DNA of 64,000 nucleotides from Podarcis tiliguerta (Eukaryota), in the NCBI GenBank assembly GCA_965153285.1, contig OZ229117.1; one strand, 5' to 3'. Shown piece by piece: positions 49,160 to 61,378 of the stretch. The translations under genes were made by a program, and so were the position numbers. Positions within the stretch are counted from its first letter, which is position 1. Each line of letters opens with the position of its first letter. The notes under the pieces were generated by a model. It was not told the DNA's origin and ran no database searches. It worked only from the letters and a program-made list of their open reading frames with translations.

Positions 49160-52100
49160 CTACAGGGAGAAAAAGAGAGAGAGAGCATCAATGCTTCTGC
49201 CAGGGACAAAAAGCGGACCAGGGAGGGTCCAGGCGGAGCGAGCACCACAAAGACGAGCAAAGCTGCCACAGGAGAGGGAAGAAGCAACATCAAGCCCCTG
49301 GCCTCAGAGGGCGCCTAAAGCCCGGCAGCCTTCAGCCACTCAAGCCCTAGCCATGCACCAATTCTTGAGGCGTAAGAACACAAGGGCACAAAAAGAGCTT
49401 GCTGGATCACGTCAATGGCCCATCTAGTCCAGCATTCTGTTCTCATAGATGCCTGTGGGAAACTGGAAGCTGAATACCAGAACACTCTCCCCTCTTGTGA
49501 TTTCCAGCACTGGTATTCCAGCATTTCTGCTTCCGACTGTGGAAGCAAAGCATAGCCACCATGGCTAGTAGCCATTGATCACCCTCTCCTCCATGAATTC
49601 ATAGTCCAAAACATCTGGAAGGCATCAGGTTGTGGAAGGCAGACAAACCAGCCCAGCAATCACACCCCAAAGACATGACTAAGCTGACTGTGTGGGGGAC
49701 AGTGGGTGGCTTGCCAGACAATGGCTTGTGTGAAGAATTTCAGAATGATGTGCTCTAAGTACAGGAGCCCGCCATCTGCCCTCTCAGCCAACCTGGCCAA
49801 AGGCTAGGGATGATGGAGGTCAGGGTCCAGCAACATCTGGAGGGCTGCAGGGGAAGCCAACCCTGGCCTAAGCAAACAGCCGCAACAAGCAGAATGTGAC
49901 CCAGTTGCTCCCGAAGACCGCAGAGTGCCAAAACACACACGGGGCATGTCAAGCTGCAAAATAAATTCTTCTACCACTGTTCTGAGGCTCCATCATCCCC
50001 CCCCCTTTTTTTTTTTGCTCCCCTCACCGCTGCAAGAGGGAGAGGTGACCAGCAAAACTAGGTAGCAGGTAGGGCTGTGGTGGGACAGGGTGGGAAGCAA
50101 AGTGACTCTCTGTGCCTGGATGCAGCTCCTGTGTGCCCTGCTCTGCCACTGACACACAATCCCCAACACACAATCTCAGCAGCCAAGCAGATGCTTGCAG
50201 GAAACCAGCAAGTGGGACCCAAGCACAACAGCACTCTCTCCTCCTCTGGTTTTCACTAACAGGTGTTCAGAAGTATTGCTACCTGTGGTTGTGGAGGCAG
50301 AACAGTCCATCATGGCTAGCAGTTATTGATAGCCCTCTCTCCTCTTATTGAGAGCCTTTTTGCAGGGTCTTATATCCCATGCTGGTCAAGGGCCATGCTG
50401 CCTCTGCTCTTGTGCATCTTCCCATGAACAGGGCCCCCAACTCTAAAGTTCAGCTGAGCACAATTCCCCTTCTGTGCCAAGATGCACAAAATCCAAGAAG
50501 TCATGGGTGCACTCGTAATTGCAAGACATGTGAAAATGCCATGCCTGGTCATTAACCTTTTTATAAAAAAATTCTTCCAAGAGGGACACCCTTGGATTTG
50601 TAAGTGCACATGCGTGGCTGTTGAGGAGAAATTGCAAACCCCCAGGAACAGCGTGTTTTGGGATTCAGTCAGGTGTGACGCTGCTGCCAAACAACCTGGC
50701 TGTTGCATCTCTCTGTGGGAAGATGTGACTATCAGCAGGAAGGTATCACACCAACAACACACTCAGGATGCTTTTGGCCAGCCTCCTGCAAGCTGGTACC
50801 TCCCAGGTGTTTCAGACCACAGCTCCCATTAGTCCCAGTCAGTGTGGCCATAGGAAGCTGGGACTGATGGAAGTTGCAGTCTGAAACACCTGCAGAGCAC
50901 CAGAATGAGGAAGGCTGCCTTGGAAAGCACAGCGGCAAATCTTTTTTGGGGGAAACTCATCTGTTTCAACAAACACCATTGGAATGGCATAGCTGTGCGC
51001 TTCCCATAGTGTGTGAGTCATGCTACAGATGCAGCAGGGGGAAGGGCAGATGCTTTTTTTTCTGTCAGCCTCAGTCGCCTGTTTACCTGCCTGTCTCTTT
51101 ACGGCAGGACCAACTATGGAAGCTGCAGCAGAAAAGCACACTCTGTACAGCAGCAATGCACAATAAGGAGAGGACGGGGGCGAGGGGTACATGCAGCATG
51201 TGGATGTGACAGTGAGCAGACATTGGGGGAGGGGATACCTGATCCTCCACTCAGCCTTCGGTCCTTCAGGTACGCAACTAAGAGAGATATGGAGGGGAGG
51301 TTGAGTAGGAGGTGGAAGCAAAGAGAGTCTGGTTGAGGGTTGGGAGGGCAAGAGAGGCTTTTATTTTGGAACATCACACATTCAAGGCTTGTCTGAGCAA
51401 CAGCAGAAAAACAAGACAAGAACATCACAACCAATAACCAGAGAGGGAAAGAGAAAAAGAGAAAGAGACAGAGAAGGCAAGAAGAATTTCACACACACAA
51501 ATTATTCCTGCATTGGAGAGATTGAACTAGATGACCCTTTGGGACCCTTCCAACTCTATGCTTCTATGATTTTTGTTTATCAGTCATTTCTGAGATACCT
51601 AATGTCGCTCAGGCCAAGCTCTCTCTGACCAGGGTGATCAGGATTGGGAGAAGAGAAGAACAGATCTGAAATGTTTGGCAGATAACGGGTCTTTAAATCC
51701 ACACTGAAAGAAGTGCAAAATGCCCTTTGGGTTCTGACATCTCTCTGATGCAAAGCCCTGGCCACGCTCCATGTGCTAATTCCCAAAACCATTTATCCTG
51801 GAGTTGACTGTGAGTTGTTCTCATGGTGTCACAGATATGCACAGAACTGGGAAATATCAGGCAAAGAACACCCAAACACACCCATTTCCTTGATCATAAA
51901 CACACTAACGGCTCATTGCCTCTGTATGGCACATCCAGCAGGCCAGGGCCCTTGATGGAGGAACCTTGTCCAGGAGCAGGCTCTCAACAACAGGGCTAGT
52001 AATCTGTTTGGAGCTGAAGTGGGGACACATGGGACCACATTAAATGCATAGAGACCACACCTACACTATATATTTAAAGCAGCAGCATTCCAATTGAACA

Positions 52101-55100
52101 GTCATGGCTTCCCCCAAAGAATTCTGGGAGCTGTATTTTGTTAAGGAAGTGTCTTCGGACAGCGCTGGCCCCCGGCCTCTTTGAGTGAGATGGGCGCACA
52201 ACCCTAGAGTCTGTCAAGACTGGCCCGTACGGGCAGGGGTACCTTTACCTTTACCTTATTCCCCTCATAGAGCTGCAATTCCCGGAGTTCCAAAGGAAGA
52301 AAGAATGATTGTTAAACTACTCTGGAAATTGTAGCTTGGAGAGGGGTGGGGGGATAGGAGTCTTCTAATAGCTCTCATCACTCTTAAGAACCTATGACTT
52401 TTTATAATGGAATAATACAGCTTTAAATGTGGTCACATTCTGAGCTGAGAAGGGCCGGGTGGATCAACCTATATCTAGTATGTACCAGTTTTGCCAGTGT
52501 TTGCTCATACGTCCATTCTGTCCATACAAAAACCCATATTTAAATACATATTTGACTCTGAATTTATCACAAAATAAAAATTTAAACCCATATGAGTCTT
52601 ATGTATGCACTTTAAAAAATGGTTTATCCTAAAATACATGTTTTGGTACACTCTTTGAGCTGACAACTGCATCATAAAATTCAGATACTGACCAAGTGTG
52701 AAATCCAAAGAATAATTATACTCTCATCCAAATATTATTCTGGGAGGTACAAATTAGGCCAGTTCATTACAAATGTAGACCAAAGGAAATTATCCTCTGC
52801 TGAGTCACCTGCTTCTACACTCTCAAATTACAAACACATGAGCATCTCTTACAATCCCTCAGTTACACAAACACAGTTATTGAGCACACTGATCCCTCAA
52901 ACTAGACAAATACTTACTGTAGCCCATCCCTTGAAGGAAGTACTTGAATGCTTCCGTCAGTTTTCCAGGCTGTTCAAGAAATCAGAGGGATGCGGATGAA
53001 AAACAGAAAGAAAAGCACTTACAACCAGACATTGCAAAAATAGTGGGTGTGGGTGTGTGCATCAAGCTCAGGACATGGATATTAGACACATGTGGATGAG
53101 CCCAGTATCTTCTGAGTCTGAGCTTTTAAAATTCAGATTCTGTATTTTAAATCCAGTTTGTGAATCTAAATTCTGATCTTATTTTTATTTCTCCTCCTCC
53201 TCCCCCTGCCCTGCCCAGTTGCACAAACTCCCCATCACCAAGCAAAGGGGGGGGGGAGATATTTGGGTTTTGCTTTGCTTTAAACTGCTTGGAACCAAAA
53301 TGTGGATTTTCTTCAAAACAACATCCCTGCAACAACTAATCCTAGAGCAGGACGCAACTCAGAGAGTTTTGGGTGAAATGAAGAGAGGTGGGAGAATCCC
53401 ACCCAGCCTAAGTGCCCAGGCACACCCAGAAGGAGGTTTCTGAGCTCCACAGAAGGTCTTCTGATAACCAAGAACAGGGAGGAAGAGGAAGAACTCACCT
53501 GTGTGACTTGAGGGAGCCCACCAGAATCAGCCATCTGGGTGGAAAACAGAGTTTTGAGTCAGAAAAGCTTCACCTTCCTTTCCAGGTGACCAGCCCCCCC
53601 TCCCCTCAATTGCATCCATCGCCCAGTCATTAGCTGGGGCTGATGGGAGTTGCAGTCCAAAACATCAGCAAGGCAGCAGGTTGGGTTAGGCTTTGAGTAC
53701 AGTGGAACCTCGGGTTAAGTACTTAATTTGTTCCAGAGGTTCGTTCTTAACCTAAAACTGTTCTTAACCTGAAGCACCACTTTAGCTAATGGGGCCTCCC
53801 GCTGCCGCTGCTGCACCACCGCCGCCCGATTTCTGTTGTCATCCTGAAGCAAAGTTCTTAACCCGAGGTACTATTTCTGGGTTAGCGGATTCTGTAATCT
53901 GAAGCGTATGTAACCTGAAGCTTATGTAACCCGAGGTATCACTGTACAGTCTTAAGGGGCCCCTGAGTCACTGCTGGGCTGGCGCCTGCAAATCCCAGCT
54001 TCCATTGGCTTCAGTCAATGCCACTCTGTACCAATCAACCAACCAGAGATGCCCACCATCTTTTCAAGATGGCCGACATCCTCAACTAGTGAAGGGAAAG
54101 CTAGACATTAGGAGGCTCAGGTGCCAAATTCCTATCTGTTGGGCGGGGGGGGAGGCAAGCAGAAGGGCTGCCTCCTCCAGACTCAGAACCCCACTTGGAG
54201 AAAGAGAGCTGGAAGCAGCAGCAGCTTTTGCAATCACAAAGATTAAGGGCTGACACGCTGTGCTTCAAGTCCTGTCCCTTTTTAGAAAGGCTAGGCTGCT
54301 ATGATTTCTAATGAAGGGCTGTGGCTTCTGAAACAGCCTCCCCGCTGCCCTTCCCAAAGGGCAGGAAGGGCCCAGCCCAAGTTGCACCAATCACAAAGTC
54401 AGTAGGAGTCTTGTGGGCCAACCTCCCCACTCGCCTTAAATGCAAGATATCCAGAACTAGAGTGACCCCTGCTGCTGGCCTTCCACCCTGTGCTATAAGA
54501 CCTCTATGCAATGCCTGTAGTTCCTATCATCTCCAGAACTGTGGCTCATAAGTAAATGGGGGTAAGCACCACCATCCCCACTGGGTGTCTCAATGGCTCC
54601 TATTTTCAATTGGGTTTGGGGGTATAGATACATAAGACATTGCAGTTTGTCCTTGGACCTTAAGAGTCCAGTGGGAGGAAGAAGGGGAGAGCAAATTCTG
54701 ATGGAATCAAAATCACTTACACAGAATGAGATCTAGGGGTGGGGAAGAGTGGACGAGGGATTAGGGCTTGTCCTGAAGACTTGCCCTTCCTCTATCTCAC
54801 CTTCAGGAAAGTGGTGGTGGTTGGATCCAGTTTGGAGTTGCATTCAACCTAACAGACAGCAAAGTCAGAGTTTCAAAATAGCATCAAGTCCAGAAGCACA
54901 AGCATCACCTGCCCTGCACATGGCGTGACCCAGCAGCCAACACAATCAGCCTCCGAGGTTCAGTACACCGTGGACGAAACTAGGCTTTATTTCACCCAGG
55001 TCAAAGACCCAGTTTGGAACCCCCTCGCACATTTGTGCACACACAAACACAGGCTGGGAGCCTCAACGGCACTCCTCTGGAAGCTTCACTTGGGCCAAAA

Positions 55101-58100
55101 AACCTGGCTAACCTCCCTGTAGCTTTGGCGCTGCAGTAAACCCTCAAAAACAGGGAAACAGCAGCAAAATGGGGGTGGTGTAAAGCTTTGGCAACAACAA
55201 TTAAAATAAATAAAAGGAATGTGACAGTCCAGTTTTTAACTATGACTCAAACAATAAAGATAGGGAGTGTGGTATAGGGGTTACAGTGCTGGACTATGAA
55301 CCGAGAGACTAGGGATTCAAATCCCCATTTGGCCATGAAGCTCACAGGGTGACCTTGAGCCAGTCACTGCATCTCTCAGCCTCACCTACCTCACAGGGTT
55401 GTTGTGAGGATTAGATCAGGAGCAGGTAGAACCATATATGCCACCTTGAGCTGCTTGGAGACAAAGGTGGGATATAAATGCAATGAAATAAAAATAATAA
55501 AAAATAAGTGGGATGTAAATGCAATAAATAAATAAATAAATCCCTTTAGGGGTTGCAGCGCTCTCTCTCGCTCTCTCTTTCCCAAAGCTTGGCGGGTGGG
55601 GGGGGGGGGAGAGACAGCATGCAATGGGGTATCAGGAAGTGCTTCATGCTGATGGCTCTCTTTTGGGGTGATTATCCTCCACTGCATTTCACAAACCAAA
55701 TTGAACAAAGTGGCCAAATCAATCACAGCAAACAAAGCAGAATGCCAGGCTCAGCAGGGTGGGAAAGGCTAGCCTGAAGTCTGCAAAGGCATCCTCAGGA
55801 GGCCTCTAGTTGTTCTTAAATACCATACTTGCCACCTGCCTCCCCCCAGCCTTCAAAGAAGAGATAAGCTTGCAGTCTAGGGGGAAGGACAAACCCATGC
55901 TATGATCTTGATCCCAGACGTCATTCAAGGAGGCAAGATTAACACTTTGGGGGTTAGCTCCTTACTCACCACGCCATCTTCAGCCGGTGCGTTATCGCCC
56001 ACCACCAGCATCACTGGGCAGCTGCAAACCCCAAGGGGAGAAATGTGATTAGCAGGAGAGAGCTGCTCTGCTCGGGGCCCCTCCTCATCCTCCCTGGAGC
56101 AAATCAGTGCCTTACCGGAGTGTCTTGGCGTTCGGGATGCTCCCAGGTCGGTTAATGTCCAGGTCCCTACGACTGAGAAAAAATGAGGAATTTTAATTGA
56201 AGCAGACAAACATGCAGGGGCTCTGCCACTGTGCCATGTCTGAGTTCAGCAGGACTACAATATTTGCATCATACCCAGAGGTGGAGCAAGGTGGGTGTGG
56301 TGGGTGCGGTCTGCCCCAGGTGTCATCCCTGAGGGGGGTGACATCGCCCCCCCAGGATGTTCACCGTGGCTGGCACACCCCCAGGGCAGGGCGCTTGCCC
56401 TGCCCCCTGGGCAGCTAGCCCCACCCCTGGGTACATGCCACTCTGGGTGCCAGAGCAGCTAGCTCCGCCTCTGATCACACTGTGGCATTTCACCTTTTAT
56501 TTACAACGTATTTGTAAAATTCTGCAGGAAACTCTCAGTCAAGCGTAGGAAATTTGCTTGGTTTTAGGGGATGTTTTTACAGTCAAATAGTATATACATT
56601 TTAATAAATAAAAACAATAATAAATAGTTTTTTGAAGGTATTATTAAAAACAAGCTTCATCATAACTAGATGTGAGCTATAGTGCTTGAAAGCAAATTTT
56701 AAAAGGGGGGAATTGGGGAGAGTATGGTGGCAGCTGTCTGTTGGGAGGAAAGCATGGTCCAAGATGCATGCAGTTCTTTCAGCCCCTGCCCCTACCTGTT
56801 GTACATGTTCCAGAAGAGCTGGAGGTTGTACTGGTTCACCATGCTGCTGATCTGCTGCCGATAGCTTTGCACCAGCTCTGTGTTCCCCACCAGCTCTTCC
56901 TGTGGGTGTGGAAAGAGGGCAGACAGAAAGGAGGCCAAGTCAGAGCACCATTGAGGACCAGAGCAACCGTTCTTGGCTGGAGGAGGCATCGACTGGAAAA
57001 GCACCTCTGTGAGCCCAAGGACTCTGCTGGATCCACCTGTTTGAAGGGCACAGCTCACCTCTTAAGAGCCAGGCTAAAACTGCAAATCTAGGACTCAGCC
57101 GTACTTAACTTTTGCCCCACATTTCCCAGAGACAGTTCTGCACTTTAAAGCACCTTGTCTGAGCACTTTTCTTTGCCCCTGACACTTTCCCTGCAGAAAC
57201 CCACCCTTTGATGCTGAATCAGAACAAACAGCAATTTGGGTTTTCCACAGATTGCTATTTGCTTGGATTCAGCAGTAAAGAGCAGGTTTTTGCAGGGAAA
57301 GTGTAGGGGGGACGGGACGACAAAGCACTAGGATATGGTGCTTTAAAGAGCAGGCCTGTGCCTAGAAACACAGCACAAAATGAAGTCTGGTCACCCCTGC
57401 AATTTTGAGTTTGCTGAGCAGGCTGGCTGGCTGCCAAACCTGATCCTGGGTAAGGAAAGGTGTGTGATACCCTGCCAGAAGGGGGGTGCTGCAGACAGGT
57501 GGCTTTTCACTTGGTTTCATATTCTCTCTCACACACACCTCCCAGCATGGTCTCTTTGGATTCATCCTTGGGAAGAGACCTGTGTGAAATTTTAAAGGAG
57601 CCCTGCTACTGTTCAGGCCTGGCTCAGGGCTTTTGTCTCAGCCCTGAAAATGTGTCGTTTTCGTGGGGCAGAACTCTAGATCTCTTTTACAGAGTCTCTG
57701 ACATTCTGTTGCTATTGATTGCTGAAACTAAACAGGGACTTCCTCTCTGCCCCAGGCCCTTCACACCTGTAAGCTTCTGCTTAAAATGCAGCTACCCTGT
57801 GCATCACAGGGTCACATTTGAGATTTTTTACTGTGGGAAACCCAAGCCCTCATTTGGTGGCTTGCACTAAAATATTGCCAGAACTAGGTGGGAAGCTGCA
57901 TCTCAGGAACCAACACCTTGTCAGGATGTGACAACCTCCACCTGGCTGCCTCTCAAGCTCCTTGCATGGGAGACTCAGGCTGCAATGTCCTTTTAAAGAG
58001 GTTCCCCCAGTCATTCTTGGACAGAGCCAGCTGGAGGATTTCAAGAAGTGTGTCAGTCTTTCCCTTTGACAGCCCCAAAAGCAGAGCGCGGGGGGGGGGG

Positions 58101-61100
58101 AGATTAACAGAGAAGCACCCCCCCCCCCGCTCCCAGCTCCTTCCATAGCTGTTGCATGCTTCTTACCTGGCTGAACAGGTGAGTCAGAACTGTGTCAGGC
58201 AATGTGCTGGTCAGGCCAGAGAGCTGAAAGTTGAAAGCAGAGCATAGGAGCATAAGAGTAAAGAATTAATTGCCTTGCAATATCAGACTAACAGTCCACT
58301 CTGATGCCCTCTGAACCTGAAGTAAGTGTGACTTTCTTCTAAGCCCAATTGACGTTCCACACCTAATAGCTGTTGACAATCCTCTCCTGTTCCAGGAATT
58401 TGTCTAATTCAGCCTTCCTCAACCAGATTACAACTCCCATCAGCCCCAGCCAGCACAGCTGTCTGGTGCAGGGGATGATGCACATAGTCCAAAACATTTG
58501 GAAGACCATTGATTTGGGAAGGCCGGTCTAATTCCCTTTTAAGTCATCTGAGCTTTTGAGCCCATCAATGTTATTTTGTGGTCACTATGAAGCCCCAAAT
58601 TAGATGTGAACTCAGGGGGGCAGGGCGCAGACTAAAGACAGGCCTCTCCCTCTGCAGTTCAGGGATATTAAGATAGGACAGTCCACTGTGATGGGCTAAG
58701 GATGACTGAGACTTTATGTGCTTGAAATATCCTACAGGTGAGTCAAGAATTTCAGTTAGCACATTCCAAACAATGGACTGTCAGGAGTGGATGTAGAACC
58801 CAGTCACTTGGACCCAAGCCAAGCGGGGAGCAGAACTCTTGGGAGGAGCTGTCTTGTCAGCTGGGGATGGCCCAATGTTGCCCACCTGCCCTCTGTCTCC
58901 TGAGATAACCCATCATCACACACCCAACCAAGTATGTGCCAAGCTGTGACACCCACAGAAAGGAATGGCAGTGTGCTCTGTTCCAGGGGTTCCAGGTTGG
59001 AGAAGCCTCCATCACAAGGCTGGAAAATAGGAGCCAAGGACTATGGTAACTACTATACAGATCCTGCACTGAGCCACAGACAGCTTTATTTTGGGAGTGT
59101 GGGAGTTTTAATTGCCCCGAGAATGATTGCATGTGAACATGCTGCACACCCCAGTAGCCCACTGAAAAAGAGCTAGCTTGTCACATTAAATGTGTGAGCA
59201 GCTTCCAGGTCTGGCCCTCTAATTAGGCAGAGTGAGGCAGCTACCTCAGGCGGCAGATGATGAAGAGTGGCAGCAGCAAGCTCTTTAGGGTTTAGGCTCT
59301 GTGTGCCATTTGCACACTCTACACATCCCACTCTCAACCCTTCTGTGCTAAGTCACTCATTGCCTTCATTGCTGAAGGTTGAACTGCTTTTCTTCTCAAG
59401 TTGTGGGGTTGGGGGAGGTCACATGGATTAAGCAAACAAATGCAAAAATGATTTTTTTTTGCACAGGTTATTGCGGTCTGGGATATTTTGAGCAAGAATT
59501 CAAGACCCTAGATGGAGATTAGTAAACAGCTGCTCAATTTGTGATACCACAAAAATGAAAATCCCTACATGCCTAGGTTGGGTTAAAAAAACCCTGGGAT
59601 TTCTTAATTATGGATCAATTAGCACAGCAATTTAAAAGCCAAGAAAGGAGACAGAAACAGATCATTTTATGAAAGACTGGCAGGCAGAAATAACATACCT
59701 GGAAACAGAACCAGTGAATTAGGACAAGCCACGTGAGGGCAAATGTACTCATTGTTTGTACTGTTTGTTTGTTTGTTTGTCTGTTTGTTTGTATGCTATG
59801 CAAATCAAACTAAAAGTGAGCAATCAGGGAGGCCATTGTAATTAGTTTTTTTATTGATAGGAAAGGAGGGGAATTTTTTTTCACATTTTATGTACGGTAT
59901 TATTGGCGGTTAAAAATGGATAAAACAATGTTAGCAACACCTGCCCCCCCCCCAAACATGCCCTGTGGCCCCACTCTGTATGGGCTGCTCTGTATGGGTT
60001 GTCAAAGGGAGATGCATGAACTTTGATTTTTGAACAGATGTCCATGGATCCAAAGAGACCTCACTCAGCTGTCCGTCCCCAGCAATGAGTCTACTTGAGC
60101 AGCAGCATCAGAAACCTCAATTGGCCTGCCGAGACTTGGCTCTGACACACACCCAGTAGCGGCAGGGAGGGGAGGCTGTCTCACCTTGGTGGCTGCCCAG
60201 TCAATCCAACCTTTGCCATTGGGGTCCACATTGACCAGGACAAGGCCTTCAACCAGATCTGGGAAGATCAGCTAAATCAAAAGAGATAGGCAGATTGAGT
60301 TTATTCTGGCTCACAGATGTACCCACTGGGACAGAGAGGCAATTAGTAAGCATAAAAGTGAACATCATAAAGTAAGTGCTATATCTTTAGAATCTAAAAA
60401 TACAAATACACTGATTGGATAACCTTCTCTAGCCTTCCCCAACCTGGTGCCCTCCAGATGCTTTTAGACTACAACTGCCATCAGCCCCAGCCAGCAGAGC
60501 AGTGCTTTTCTGGGGCTGATGGGAGTTGTAGTCTAAAACATTTGGAGGGCACCAAGTCAAGGAAGGCTGTTCTGCCTAGTAACAAGGCAAAGTCGGTCCA
60601 ATTCAGAGCCACAACTTGAGACTTCCCTGGGGAATTAAGAAATCAAAGGGGTGTGTGTGTGGAGAAAGCGCTTTCTCTCCAAAGCCCTGAGCTGCAAGTC
60701 CCAGGTCACTTCAAATAGGAATTGCTAGTACTATCACTCTTCTTACCCGGCAATCAGCTTCATTGAGTAAGCATGCCAAGGATCAGACTGCAGGTCCCTG
60801 CCCTGGAAAACACCAAAAATGGTGCTGGGCCTTGATAGTTTTAAAAAACACCCAAAAACCCTTGTCTGGCTAGGATGCAGGACACACCCACCCACCCATC
60901 ATCTGATCACTTACAGCAAACTTGGCAAGGACATAGGCGCCTGCTCCCACACCAATCCCGATCACATACTTGAACCTGCGGAAAGAAAAGTGATCAGTGG
61001 TCCCTAGGCAGCCACTTCCCTTCCTTCCTCCCACTGGTGGACTTTGTGGCTGTCCTTCAAGCCTCCTTCACTCAACTAACGTTTGATGCTTCATGTTTGC

Positions 61101-61315
61101 CAAATATCTTAATCATAGAACTTTTATAAGACAAATACTATCAGCTGATTTATTTCCTTCCAAGCAACTTGTTAACCAGATCTAAAATATTCCTCAGCTT
61201 TATCAGTGGCAATTTATCCAATTACTTCATCCACCGTTCACTCATACCATCGTCTTCTCCATCCTGCTGCCTTCTGAATGGGTTGGACTGCATCAGCCCC
61301 AGCCAGAAGGACTAC

Positions 61316-61378
<63 letters not shown>

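Noticed and set aside
48646-49293. 215-aa ORF overlapping the NDRG4 last exon in another frame
   Set aside because: GC-rich sequence with few stops, starts in an intron, needs a phase-2 splice that neighbouring exons do not provide, and has no recognisable domain
51225-51238. GTATCC donor resembling a U12 5' splice site
   Set aside because: Continues CCT rather than TTT, and the downstream acceptor is U2-type with no TCCTTAAC branch site
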